Counted from the first letter of the stretch, positions 14,401-28,069 are shown. The stretch: 64,000 bases of DNA from Yuukianura sp. NJ FZ-2021 (GCA_046563655.1 CM102284.1:5766001-5830000); one strand, 5' to 3'. Program-made: numbers and translations. The notes: generated by a model from the letters alone, not told the origin.

Positions 14401-16313
14401 AAGTTCTTGACAAAAGTTGAGCTGCATCAGACCAAACAACTTTACACTTCGTACTGCCTAACAATAAAACTTCCAGGAAACGAAACTTTCTCCATTTCGA
14501 AATTCGAAAAAGATGTTTTCAAAAAAGGTGACATTAAATAAAACTAAATTTTTATCCCATCGTTACCCAAGGACGACGACGGACTTCCCTCCTTGCTTTC
14601 CTGTTCCTCAAAATACAATTAACTCCGTGTCTTCCCTGCTTTCAAAACCATAAATCACCGTCATTTCTCCACTTTCTCTTTTTTTCTTTTCAAAATAGCC
14701 AACTTAAGAAAAAACTTGAAAGTGCTAGACATTTCATTTTCGCCGGAAAAAAGTAGCAGCAACACAAGGTGTCTGAAGAGCCACAAAAAAGTTTAATTTC
14801 GTTTCTGAGTCCGTTTACCCCTGTGATCCCCAAGGTGTGTAAAAGATGAAAGTCAAAAGTGTTTTTCACACTCAGAAAAAGTGAAAGTACGTCTTTCACG
14901 CCTATGCTACTGAAATCCCTTTGAAGTTTATTTTCCCACCACTTCCTTCACTATGTCTCGTTAATAAAAAAGTAGCTAAGTAAAAAAAAACTGGTGAAAG
15001 ACAAGCCCGGATTTTCTCTCAAAGTTAGCTGAGCGTTCCTAACGTTAAATTCCTCTTTCCTCTAAAAGCTAAATTACCATGTGAAATGTCACGTTTCGAA
15101 AGACAGCAAAGCGAAAGACAAGGATAGATTGATCTGTCGTGCATCGTACCAAGCAGGAAACTGTACGAAAGAAAAAATTCACAGACTTTCACTAACTTTC
15201 TCCTAGGCAAAATCCAGCTTATAAACTTATAATCCCAAAATAAAACGCATCAAAATTTCCTCTTCCATTGTCTATTTCTGCAAAAGCACAACACTGAAGC
15301 TGCAGACGAACACTAAAGTTTAATCAATCGAGTAAAACTCAAACATAAAACTAAAATAAGAACTTTTGTTTTGCTCATCCGTGAACACATGTCCCCTGCT
15401 ACGCTTTTCTCCTGCTTAACAATCATTTCCGTACTACTTTTTACATCCTCGAGGATTCCGAAGCTCAACGGAACTGGAATTTCACAATTCAGCCATTAGA
15501 CAGTCCCCAACGCACCATTTTTACGACCCTGTAGCATTACTCTACTCGGCCTTTCAAAAACTGACTGATGAAAGTCCTTTCTCCTTTCTCCCATAACTAA
15601 AACCAACCCAAAATAGCAAAGTTATACTTTTATATGCACACACATAGCTCTTACTTTTACAACTGAATCGATTTTCACTTCCAATTCTTCCATTCTCCAG
15701 TTCCAAAAAGAGACTTTCTACCTCAAAATTTTCTTTTCAGTGAAAGTCCAATAATTTTTCACCGTAGCTACAGCCTGAAGGGGTCTTTGGCCCAAAATAA
15801 ATGTGAGTTTAGCATTTCAAATTCCAACCAAAAACCAAAATGATTTCCCATTACCATTCAAATTTCCAGCTGGGTTCATTTTCATAGCCTCCGAAACTGT
15901 TGAGAACTTTCTCCATTTCATTTCATCCAAAAACCCTTGTTTTCTTATTACTTTCTACCTAAACCCAAATGCCTGGAAGCCTCTCCAGGATCAAACGGAC
16001 TCCCTGGAACAAGTAGGAATCGATACCTTTCCCAAACACTAACAAACCCCAACCACTTTCTCAAATTCCCAGAACTCACCTGCGTCACCACCAGAATCCT
16101 ATGTAAACCATAACTCTATCTCTCTCCTGTCCACTTCACTTGGCAACCTAAACCTAACTTTCTTTTTTGCTTTCACCAGACACAAACAGCTCCATCCCAT
16201 CTCCTATGGCAAGAAAAAACGAACCATAGGGCACAGGAAATATGAGTCACTTCAACTCACCGGTTACTGCCCACCATACTATCATTCCCCTTCGCCCACC
16301 ACCATTACAAATA

Positions 16314-16430
16314 CAGGTAGGGCCCCAGAAGAGTTTACCCATGTGAAAGAAAGAGAAACTCTCACATGAGTTTCTTATCACAATAGTGAGAGGAAAAGAA
16401 AGAGGGTAAACTCTTCTAGGGCCCTACCTG
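16314..16430. mobile_element. 117-bp MITE, Tc1/mariner-like (TA target duplication)
   Basis: 27-bp TIR CAGGTAGGGCCC(C/T)AGAAGAGTTTACCC with one mismatch, flanked by TA on both sides. Confidence 0.8.
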
Positions 16431-19400
16431 TACCTAATTGTGAAGGAGGAGCAACTTCATTTTTTGAAAAACGAAAACAAACCACAAGTTTTTCCCCCTC
16501 GTTCACTCACCTGGTTCCGTTTTCACAAAAGTTAGTCAGTCGGGTAGCATGGTAGTAACAAACTTAACAAAAAATTCTGGATCCATACCACCCTACCTGA
16601 CAACTCACAAAAACATACGCTAGTTTCATACTTCCTACATTTCCTTTTCTCCTGTCAAAAACTAATTCCAACTTCTGCTTTTTAGTTAGTTAGATCCAAA
16701 ATAGACGGAAAACCACAAAGTCTCTCCGGCTTCCGCCACCTTTTCACCCATTTAGAAAATAGACAGCAAAGAGCAATTCTTTTCCATTGTGTTTTTAATT
16801 CGACACAGTGCATACCCAGCAGCCGAACCCCCCGACTGCACAACGTTGGCAAAGTCAGCAGTTGCTAACAATACCCTGACACACAACACATGAATTCTTA
16901 ATGGACTCCTTCCACATCCGGAGTTTAGCAAACAAACCGTTCCCACCAGGAGCATCCTCAATCTAAATCCTTTCAAATTCTGCCTTCCTCTTCCTAACCA
17001 GAGAAACTGTTGATTGAATCCACGCGTATCTTTCACTTTAGGAGGTCGCGGGTTCGCTTCCCCCGAAAAACTTTCATTAATACAAAACGTCATTCACCTT
17101 TCACCCCTCCACACACCGCTGCCGTCATTGTCAACAGTACGGTCGTCATTAACCGAAATCGATCCGAGGCACTTAAGCACCGCCGCGGCGGGCGGTCAGC
17201 TCTGTGTGACCTTTTCCCGAAAAAGGCTGACCGGACTTTTGTTTGGAAACTAATTCATTAAAAGCGGAGATTTTTCAAGCCAAAACTTTCCCGGGAACTT
17301 TCAAATAAACCACAAAACCATATACCTCCCGACCTCTTTTGAAATAAAAGTTCTAGACATCGAATTTGTTTTGGTCTTACGTAGGGAACATTAATGGGAC
17401 TAATGGGAATAAAGGTAAAGGTTGGAACAGGAAGGGAAACTACCATATGTAGTAAGTTACTGCCACTTTTCCTACCCTCCCGCACTGCCAAACTTCATAA
17501 AAGCCCGGACCGAAAAGGTCTCACCCGGGCATTACGCAATCAGTCTATGAATCCGGAAGGGAGGGAGAAAATCTTCCCAAATTCCAAATTTCCCCTGTTT
17601 CACTTTTCTTACAAGAAATCACGTAATCCACTTCAATGCACTTCCACTTCTCAAAAAAAGTTAAAGTTCACAGAACTTTATTTTCTCTCTTTTGGGAACA
17701 AAAACAGAAAATTGCAGTTCCTGCAGTGCAGTGCCCTTCGCCACTCAAAGAAAACTTCAAACTCTGCCTAACAATTTTCCCAAGAGGTTTTCTTTTCCTC
17801 CAAAATTTCACAAAATATCCCTCATCTCTCCAAAATTTCAAAGAGAATGTTAGAAAAATGTATTTTATTTACAAAAAAAGCATGAACTTGAGATGAAATT
17901 GGCTGATAAAAGCCATTGGGCAGTTCTGAGAGTCTGACTCACCGAGATTTCCTTTTTCGATGGTCAATTTTGTCCAAAAAAGTAATAATTTTGATGAACC
18001 TATGAAAAAGTCTCTGATACAATCGAAACCAAATGGTTTTGTGAGAAATGAATCAGATGTGCTATGATAAAGATCTAAAATCTAAATTCAGAGATACAAA
18101 ATCTCTTATTTACTCAACACCTAAAATCATAGAGACTGTCACTGTTCTACTCCATTTAAGCTTTTGTCCAAACAAATCAACTCTACAGTGAAAGTAAACT
18201 TTCTCCCATAAAAATTCAAAACCCTCAAATCTTATCGAAAATCCAAATTGCATTGCTTGATTGAATGCATTTAAAAAAAATCAGTTCTAGCAATACCCTT
18301 CCGCGTACTTTTTCGAAAAAAGCCAATTTATTTCTCTAACAATCTCTGAAAAATCTCTTCCTGGGTGGTTTTCTACCCAAAAAGAAAGCCAAGTTAAGTC
18401 ACAAACCAGTTTGTTCAATGACTTTTTGGCGAAAATAATTACACAAGCCATTGAAATTGTTCAAATACCCTACCAAATTCCTAAACAAAAACCTCCCACA
18501 CATGATCTTCAGATGCGACAAGCGACATGTCATTCCAGCGACATCCTTCTCCATCAACCCCTTCGCAAGTACATACTGCCAGCATCCGTCCTCGTCTCAG
18601 ATCCAGGAAAGACAAGATCCAACTGTCAACCTGTCAAGTGACATAACCCGACTAAATGCACTGAAAATCATCTAACACAAAACAGCACTTTGTTCTTTCG
18701 GAGAGTGTCTCCCATCACTGAACCTAGTCCCATCATCATCTCATGCATGCATAAGGATCAACGCTTGCAAAAGAGCCCTTAAAACAGGAACATACACAAC
18801 ACTCTGCCAAGTGATAAGCAAACAATCCGCTTCAAAGCTTTCCAATCTCCCACTTCAGCCCCCTCTTCATCCTCAAAATAATTATTTCAAAATATACAAA
18901 AGCGAAAATGAAAATTCCTAGCATCCTCCTAGCACCGAGATACCAATCTCCTACTTCACCACTTTCTACTTTCTCCAACTAACCAAAATATTTAGGCCTG
19001 GCTCAATTTTCATAATTTTATTACTTTGCTCCTTTCTCATTTGATTAGTTTGAAAGCCTACACCGCTTATGCAATAGTTCCAGCAAATCCACTTAATTTT
19101 CAAAAGTATGCTGGTTCCAGCACAGATTCAAAATAATTTTAATTTTCCAAAATGAAACTCTTAAATCATTAGCCAAACTAAAACCGAAATTTCTGCATCA
19201 GCATGCTGAAGTGCTTCCAGAAATTCCAGATCCTCTTAAAAGTGTTCATCTTCACAACTTTTGCTTAATCCCTTGACAAAACATCCCCAATTCTCCCATG
19301 TCCAAAGTCATAGTTGAACAACATTATTAATCACCCTTGAAATTAATAGAACCAAGATTCATTGTGCTCAGCAAGCATCTTGACATGACTAATCTTTCCA

Positions 19401-21957
19401 TGTTCTCAAGTGTAAAACTGTGAACGTTTGGAAATAAAATACGAGGTCATCAGATCAAAGACAACAAAACCCAATGTAGAGCATAAATTGAGACTTAACT
19501 AACCATAATTCACATTTATCTCACGATACTCATCTTTACCCTAGTGCTCAAGTATCCTGCTGATTCTCAAGGTTCAGTAGTTCGTAAGTGAAGGAACTGG
19601 AAATAAATCCTTGAAAATTGTGTCTAGCATGATGATACACAAGAACTGACATGATGAAGATGCTGACTGAAGTATTATGATTTAAAAAAGCTTAGTCTAG
19701 TTATGAATTTTCAAAACAAGCCCTTCCAAAAATCCATTTAAGCTTCAACTTTAGAAAAAGCAAACACAAACAGTACGACCCCCAATATCCATAAATTACT
19801 ACAGCTTCATTTCTGTTTAGCTCTCTCGTTAGTTTTTTTTTTCTAAAAGTCTAATGATTACTTCACGGTCTATTATGCTACGAGCTTATTTCTTGTTCTT
19901 GGGAAGATGACATCATAAATCACGAAATCACATCAACTCTATTTCTGGACCACACCGATGATCATGATGATGACCAAGAACAGAACTCTGTTTGGCCATC
20001 TTTTTCTGAAGATTCAACAAAGGATTTAGGACAAAGGCTCCTCATGATGTCAAACAATAGACAAATTTGTTAAACTAAAGCACAAACACAAACAGATTTC
20101 AAAAACTTAAGCCTTCTAGGCTCTCTTCTTTTCAAAATAGCAAAGTTACTCTAATTAAACAAGTTTTTGTTTCCAGTTTGAGGCAGTTGACTTCTACTGC
20201 TGGAGGCAAAGAAACCATTTCTACACACCAGATACATCGTTTCCAATTACTGAAGTTAGGACTGGACTAGTATCGCTCTAGTTAAGAAATTTAGACAAGA
20301 TTTAACCTAAAAGTATGTCAATGTCATAAAAATAAAATCTGCTAAGCCACTTTGTAGTAAAGCTTAAGCCACTTTGTCTAGTTGTAAGTGTGTTAAACGT
20401 AGCTCTGATAAAAGTTGGAATCTACAACGAAAAGAGAAATGACCTCAAGAGTTCAAGATATTTAACAAGCCACTGTTAATTTGAGCTATGAACATTGTAC
20501 ATTTTAGCGCTTCTTCGCAAATTTCTAGGCTAAAAACCTTGTAACCTAAAGTTATGTCATCTCGTGACGCTAGTTTGTACAAAAAAAAAGTACGATATGA
20601 ACCTACTACACAGAAATAGGTTTTTAGGAAGATGAACTTTTTGGGATGGGCTGCTGCTGGAAAGCTACTAGATGAAGATGATGTGATGATTGTTTCTACT
20701 CGCACCTAATTACAAAGATGACTTCATGTTGTTGACCTAACTGTCTTCCCCGTTACCTAATACATTAGAGACGCCAGTTGTGCTAAAACCTAAATGGGTC
20801 TTCAATCACTAGCCATAAGTCATTGTAAATCAAATAGAAACTTCATGCCAACAAAAACTACTATATAAAAAGCAGAACAAAGACTGCAACGTACGCCTTC
20901 CGCTAAATAAGTCATCAATTGACATCATCACTGGCGGCATAAGGGGGCTTGCCGTTAGGATTTGACTAAATAAGACCTACATTTGTCACCAACAACATTA
21001 GAGGGAACATGATGCCAATGGCGGTCTCATTCCGGCAGTCGTCAACCCTGAACTTATCACTTGACTTGGCAATAGTTTCCGTAAAATGATATTCTAAATT
21101 AAGAAAATTCTAGGGATTTTGGTAAATTTGTGACGGTCCTGGCCTTAAAACTGCATCTTTGAATGGAGTGAGCAAATTTAAGAACTAAGATGACGAAGGG
21201 CTATGGATCGACTGGTGTTAGCAGTGACTCATAACGTGTACTTGTTAAAAGTAAGTCTTCGTTTCTTGCAAAAGAAAAAAGTGTGTTTGCAAATTCCGAT
21301 TTCACTCATCAGCGGAAATCCCTGGGAGTGGTTTTTAAAAAGACCTAAAAACCGAGATCTCAAATGAACCTGGTTCTTAATAACCGGATGGAGACTATTA
21401 TTATTGAGCTCCTTCGATAGTTATTTTTAGCAATAAGCTTCGGATTCCCATAAACACACTTTAGTTGAAAAGAGGAAATCGAATTTAGATATATCGGTAA
21501 TTCTTTACATCCGTTTGGGATAAAAATAAAAACAAACCTAATGTATCAAAATGCGATATGTTTACATTTTAAAGTTAAGTGGCTGAAAAACGGTGCAGTG
21601 GTCTCCTACTATCCTCAATTCAATCATTCAGCACGATAATCGCACTGTTATTTTTAATCATAGTATGAATAAACAAATCCCGTTCTGATTACGAAGTATA
21701 ACGGAACTTGTATGTTAATTTACAACGTTATCGGTAAATTGGAAATACAGTTCCATTTGTTTTAACTGCGAAGCTCTAGATACTACTCATCCTGTGTTTG
21801 TTTTTTCCAAATCAAAACAAACCAATAAAATGTACACTTGCCTGACGTATTACACGCTAATCGTACTTGCCACAAATGGAAACGCAGCGATTTTAAGGTA
21901 AACTACAACTAACCTACGAAAGACAGTACACAGTTAAAAGAAAACAATGATACTTAC

Positions 21958-22490
21958 CTGAGTAGGCTCAGTTCACAGCATCGTTCGAAAGAATGTGATG
22001 AGAGGTACAGCAGATTCGGTTGACTTGACTGACGGGTGTGGCACTGGCAATAAACGTTTCAAATGTCACCTCACCGTGTTTCACGTTCGAGTTCGATAGT
22101 CATCTGATTTCCAGAGATTCTTAGAGATGTCCAGAAGACCTTTGTAGTAAAGTTAACTTTCACATTTAGTGTATAAATTAAGGTTAATAATAACGTTTTT
22201 TAACCTGAAGACTTTGAAACTTGGTGTAAATCGGGAACGTTCTGCGAGTGAGTCAGTGCAATGCTGGATATAGTACTGGATGACTTGACCTTAATTTCAC
22301 CGAATCACTACTGCTGCTTGGTGTTCTCTTCCTAAAGTGCTACTGACGGCCGACGAAGAGTCACTGACACTGAAGAAGACGTGAGAGATCTTCTCTGCCT
22401 CTCTGCCGTTCGTTGCTTTTTGTTTGTTATTTTTTTGACATGAGTGTTCAGAAGTGGGCGCTCTTTTTCCGCTCACACCCAAAATTCAAC
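21958..22490 (-). other. Probable non-coding 5' exons and promoter of Nrg
   Basis: CAG|GTAAGT donor at 21957, acceptor cttcag near 22205, no coding ORF; same strand as Nrg with no intervening gene. Confidence 0.45.
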
Positions 22491-23266
22491 TCACTCACGG
22501 GAGAAACCAGACGGCGGCGCGCAGGGAAAAGGTCACAGTTCAACGAATTCCCTAGAAAATATTAACAAAACAGACAAAAACGTATTAAATTACTATTAAA
22601 CTATTATTAAAACGTTTAAATTGCATTGGTTATAACCTTGGTGGTACTCCAAGCAATCGGCACAATAGGCGTTGCCGTTTCAGCATAAAATTCAGCACCA
22701 GGTTACGAAAAAAAGCGTAGCTAATAATGTTGCGGCAAAGTTGATGAGTGCAGAAATAAATTTAATGACTTTCGTTAATTTTCACTAACTCAGAGGATAG
22801 CTCAAGGACATGACAATGGAACGACTAGGAGCGAGAATGAGAAAGCAATGCTTCAGAGGAAAAACCAAACAACTTATACAGTTAGAGTTTAAGCAAACGC
22901 AGAAGCAAAAGTTAGTGCAATCGTGTCAGCACAAAATTTAAACGTTCATTGTTACTGAAACTTTTCGGTTAGTAATGTATAATATTGTAGTCAGTATTGA
23001 GATGCACTTACTTTGAGAAGAAATAAGATACCAGAAAATACTGGGTAGGTGTTTGAGGCTTAAAACTTTCCAGTGACTGTCACCGTCATGTCGTCTACGT
23101 ATGGTCAAACATGGTCAGGTCACAGATTGTATCAAGGCAAGACGAAAGTTGAGAGAGACTGGAATCATATCTGTGTATGACTGCTGGACAGAAACACGGT
23201 TCTCTGGAACTTCCGGTTTGAATAGCGAATAACAGAACAAAGCAGGAAAACATCACTGAAAAGTCT

Positions 23267-25548
23267 TCATTCCTTTTTCTTTTTCTTCTTGTCTTTCTTT
23301 TTCTTTTTCTTCTTCTTTTTGCTCTTCTTTTTCTTGAGCTTTTTAGATTTCTTTTTCTTCTTCTTCTTCTTCCGATCTTCGTCATCACTATCGTCATCAT
23401 CATCAACGTACTTTCTGGTTCTAATCAGGAAATAAATACTCTAAGTAAAAATTCTCACTTAGGTTTAGGTTATGCTTTCAGTAAAAATTCTGATTAGCAT
23501 GAAGTACTAACTTTGTTTGGTGGAGTGTAAACTGTGGATTGAGAACAACATTTTGAGGTCCAGCCGGCGTTTCAGTCGGCAATGGTGCGGGGATTGGTGA
23601 TGGTTCTGGTGCTGGAGTTGGTGACGGTTCTGGCGCAGGGGCTGGTGGTGGTGGTGGTTCTGGCGTAGGGGCTGGTGGTGGTTCTGGTGCAGCGGGTGGT
23701 GGTGGCGGTTCTGGTGCAGGGGCTCGTGCTGGTGCTGGTGCATACGTGTGCTCAATTGGTGCAGGTTGCATTACTCCTCCGGGCAATTGGATGAAGTTAA
23801 TTTGTGGAGGAGGAGGCATGTAATACCTTGGGTCATACCCTGGACCCGGCGGCATCCCTTGATTTGGATTGTATTGTCCGGGAGGAGGATTTGCGAAGGC
23901 TCCTTGTTGGTCTTGTGCATTTTGTGAATTGCGTACATGAGAAATCCGTGCAGCTATTTCTTCAGGTGTAGCGCCATCTCGAGTCTGGATTCGTACTAAG
24001 TCTGTTATGGAGTCCTCATCATGACGATGGAGCAGAAATCGCTTCACCGCGCGACGCTGATCGTCCTTGTCAGCGGTAATATTTTCGTCTAAGCTATCCG
24101 CGAAAGACCCGGTGGACGAACTAGATGAACCGGACCCCCTCTTCTCCTTTTTGTGTTTACTTTTTTCGGTTGACCTTCTTTTTTCAACTTTTTTCGGATG
24201 ACCTTCGGTTGACTTTCTGAGCATGTTTGTTACAACATAGTAGTTAAAAGGAGCCAATACACAGACGATGATGACACAAGTGAGACCACATATTCCCATT
24301 ACGCCAAGCCACACACCTAAAACGTAATTTTTTAAAATATCAAATTCATTCGATGCATAGTAAATTCTAACCCGAACATCATGAATACTACTATAAGTTT
24401 GTGAAATATTAAAATCAATTTACCGTAGTACGTGTAGAGGGTCGATTTCCCTTCCTTTTTCTTTGTGTCTTTTTGCTCCGTTGTGTTCCGTTTCATAGCT
24501 TTGTCAACATAGACCCCGTATGCATCAGCCATATCATTCGGAGGCTCGACACGAAGAATGTGTGTATAGTTCCCTGCACAATGTCCCAACACTTCTGAGA
24601 GCTTTGAACTATTTAACGCGTCTAGAACAATCAATCCCACGCAGCCAGTGATAATATCCATCTACAAAATCCATGACAGGTTGGCGTCAAGATGAAGATG
24701 TCAAGGGTTAACAAAAACAGTCACCAATTACTAACATCAACTTACCCGTCTAACATATGGCGGCAATACGCCTTCGCCTTCCAATGACGATTTGTTGGGC
24801 TTGTTCTTCGCGCAGTCCATAGTGTAACTTAGGACCGTTTCTTTGTTGATCATAATTAGAGTAGACAGCGTAAACCCATTGGCAGCCAGAGCTGCCACAA
24901 GAAGAACATTGATCTGCAAGACAATTTTAGTTAACCTTTAGTAGAATGTACAGATTTAGGACTTCTTTTAGAGCAAAATAAAACATACCACACCAAAGGC
25001 GACCCACCGTAGAGCAGTAGGACCACTTTTAAATAGTTCTTGACAACAAGCAGCAATACATATGAGGAAGACGAAACCCAAAATACCGGCTGGATTGCCG
25101 CATAAAATTGCCCAATGAGCCCAATACCCAAGCCAAGTGGGGAATGTGCCCAACTTCTCCTTATATACTAGGTAGACCATTGCTACAGCTGCTGCGGCCA
25201 AAAGTAGCTAGATACAAATGAAATCACAATTCAGAGAAATCACTAACACAGGTCAACTGCAACATTTAAAAAAATACTCACAATGCTAAAGATGGAGACT
25301 ATTGCGACAGAGACCCGCCAGCAAGTGCTAAGTTTGGTATTGGCAGTATTATGAAGATGATGATGATGATGATGTTCGTGATGAGACGGAGGAACGGTAT
25401 GGTCATCTGGGAAGTACTCTTCTAGACGATATTGATCTTCTCCACTGTATTCTGGATTGGCAAATGACACAACATGATCTTGGGAAAATTGCGGTTGGCT
25501 GATGCTTTGTCTTGGTCGGTGGGTGGCTTTTGATGGTTTCCTCTGCAT
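23267..25548 (-). CDS. Divergent tetraspanin-like 4-TM protein A with His-rich N-tail and Pro-rich / poly-Lys C-tail
   Basis: Six exons splice in frame; four hydrophobic helices in tetraspanin order; GCVG at the CCG position; last exon encodes DDDDDSDDEDR K8-S-K2-L-K4-S-K9-D-K6-E*. Confidence 0.7.
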
Positions 25549-25981
25549 ATCTAAATGGATATCGCCCAGCTATTAGTGCTAACCCAGTTAACATTGTGAT
25601 GGTAAACGGCCAGCGACGATGATGATCCGCAGACCCGAGAATATGAAAACATTCTAAAAAAAATTATAATTTATTACAATTTTTTACAGAGATAACAAAA
25701 TAGTGATAATAAAAAAAGCAAAACAAAGCTAAAGCGTCGTCCTAGAAACGAGATTGAAAAAAAGTGGAAGATAAAAAGATGATGTACAAAATGTATTGCA
25801 GGTTTTCAAGAACATAAAAGCAAAGTAAATTGTTAGCATTTGAATAAAATTCTTTAGTTATAGATTGAGTAAGCTGCGAGTTTGGGTAAACGTTAATTCA
25901 GAATTTGGCCTGGAACGTTTTTGTTGCGGTAGGTTGACTTGTCGTTGTGAAATTGTAGTTTTTTGTTGCTGCTGGTTACTC

Positions 25982-27981
25982 CTAAGCCGCTTCGGCTTCT
26001 CCAGCATCCGGATTAACTTCAGCGGGAGCATCGCCGGTGGGACTGGGTTGCTGAGTTGGCGCTTCTGCTGCAGTTGCTGCCTCATCCGGAATAACTTTGT
26101 TCTTCTTTGGGAAAAACGGAAGATTGAATTTGTCAGGAAACAGGACAGTAGGAATGAAGTAGTAGTTGAAAAATAGCAAGTTCAAAATGACATGCACCAA
26201 GAAGATGATGACAAAAGCGAGAATGATCCCGTGTACCGCCATGATGAGTTTAAACAAGTGTTCCCCGCCTGGGATGCCATTTTCGAAAGCAAGTTTGACG
26301 AAGTTATTTCCTTCCAACAACAACTGCAGAAATTCACCGCACCCCTGGAATAGTTCTTAGTTTTGTAAGCGGACAAAGATATTGAACCGTAAGCAAGGTT
26401 TTTTAGCTAACCAAAACTGCAGTTCTGACTTCGTGTTTTACTGATTCGATATAGTTGTCTCCTGCGTCCAGCTTGGTTTTCATGCCGAGAGCGTCTTTCT
26501 GAGCTTGGGTACCGTTGAATTCCCATTCAGTTTCGTTATCCCAGTTACCAATATGCGTCTTTCAATTTAGAATTAAAAGACAAATTGAATAAAGTTTAAC
26601 TTTCTGTTGTAAAACCAGAAGTATTGGTAAATTACCTTCATTTGCGTTTTCACGGCATACGGACAATCAAGTTTCGGCGAATATGTAATGTCCTTATTAC
26701 TAGGTGGTAGTTCACCTTCTCCGAAAACCTTCTTTTTACCGCCTTCATCGCCTGCTCCAGAAATCCAATCCGAAAAATTTCGTCCAAGTATTTTGGAAAG
26801 AGCTTTAATATCATTCCAGTTCTTGGTATGCTTTGCCTTAACGTTGAACAGGCGATGAATAAAGAGCTGAATGTCATCTAGTGCATCAATTTAAAAAGTT
26901 AAAAGATATATACATATCGCAGTAAGAGGTTTTATGTTGACACATAACTCACATGACAGGTAGACATTGCTTTTCAGTAACGTCAAGTTGCCACAATACT
27001 TGTCTTTGCAACAACTCGGTACTGCGTTGAACAGTATCGGCTTGCGATCCGTAATGTCTTTGGTGTCGTTATCACATTTTTTTAACTCTTGGGGGCCCAG
27101 GTAATCGTTGAAGTCCTTATAACCGCAACATCCCTAGTAGACAAAGAATTCGAATATTTACTTTACTTGATATCATTCTATTCTTATTCCTATGGACATG
27201 AATAAGTGCATCCTGCTATCTCACCAAGGGAACTCCATCCTGTATTAACATGCTGGAATATTTCTCGGTTACGTGGATGCCAGCAGGCATGTTACCGTTT
27301 GCGACATAGTGATCGCGAGAATAGCTGATGACGTCCTCCTTGGTTACTTTCTTGGCTAGAGATCAGAATTCAGAAATACATTGAACAAAACCAAAGAAAA
27401 ACTGCAGCGGAGGTATGGTTCCAGTTTCGCAAAGATGGTCAACTCAAAACGTATCTATCTGGATGATTAATCAATCGCGTCCTTACCAATGAGAATCGTA
27501 GCTGAGAGGAGAAGTAACAATGTGATCAGAAGCAAAGCATTGGTCTAACAACATCATAAACCTTTTGTAAATTATAATCCAAGTCTCGTATTCAATTGAC
27601 TCAAATAAGAATGACAATGACTTACGACTCCAAAGATAATCCAACGAAACAATGAACCCAAACGCAAAATATTGTCAGAAAATTTCGTAATAGTAATAAA
27701 GATTCCAATAGACGTCAACACTGTGAAGACACTGCTGGTGTAGATCAGTGCATGTCCGGTTTCCCAATTTTGAGTAGGTAAGGTACCGCCTAACGCAATC
27801 CGAATTGCAAGAAACATGGCGAACAGCAGCACTGCAAAAAACTAAACAAAGGATTTCAAACGTTAACTTAACTTTTATCATTGAAGGAAGTTGGAAGTGG
27901 AACAGGAATCGGACTTACAATTGAGCTGAAAATCCATCCCAAGCAATTATACCCCTTTACGCAGCTACTACAACAGCACAT
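25982..27981 (-). CDS. Divergent tetraspanin B with expanded large extracellular loop
   Basis: Eight exons splice in frame: MCCCSSC start, three TMs, GCCG (27133-27122), PSCC, GC before TM4. Confidence 0.8.
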
Positions 27982-28015
27982 TTTGTTGAGACTGAGTCGT
28001 GACCGTTACAGAAAT

Positions 28016-28069
28016 GTCAACTAATTGCCCAATAACGTCAACTAATTGGCCAATAACGTCAACTGATTG
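28016..28069. repeat. 21-bp tandem repeat, about 2.5 copies
   Basis: gtcaactaattg(c/g)ccaataac twice followed by gtcaactgattg. Confidence 0.75.

Noticed and set aside
20342-20377. Short direct repeat taagccactttgt
   Set aside because: Local 2-copy duplication with no further structure
23095-23406. Arg-rich protamine-like ORF
   Set aside because: Shadow frame; splice phase from the upstream exon gives the Asp/Lys frame
26182-26406. Cys-containing ORF as an exon of tetraspanin B
   Set aside because: The acceptor at 26347 gives the GC plus TM4 frame; this frame lacks TM4
28016-28069. CRISPR-like short repeats
   Set aside because: Adjacent tandem copies with no spacers, eukaryotic context, no cas genes
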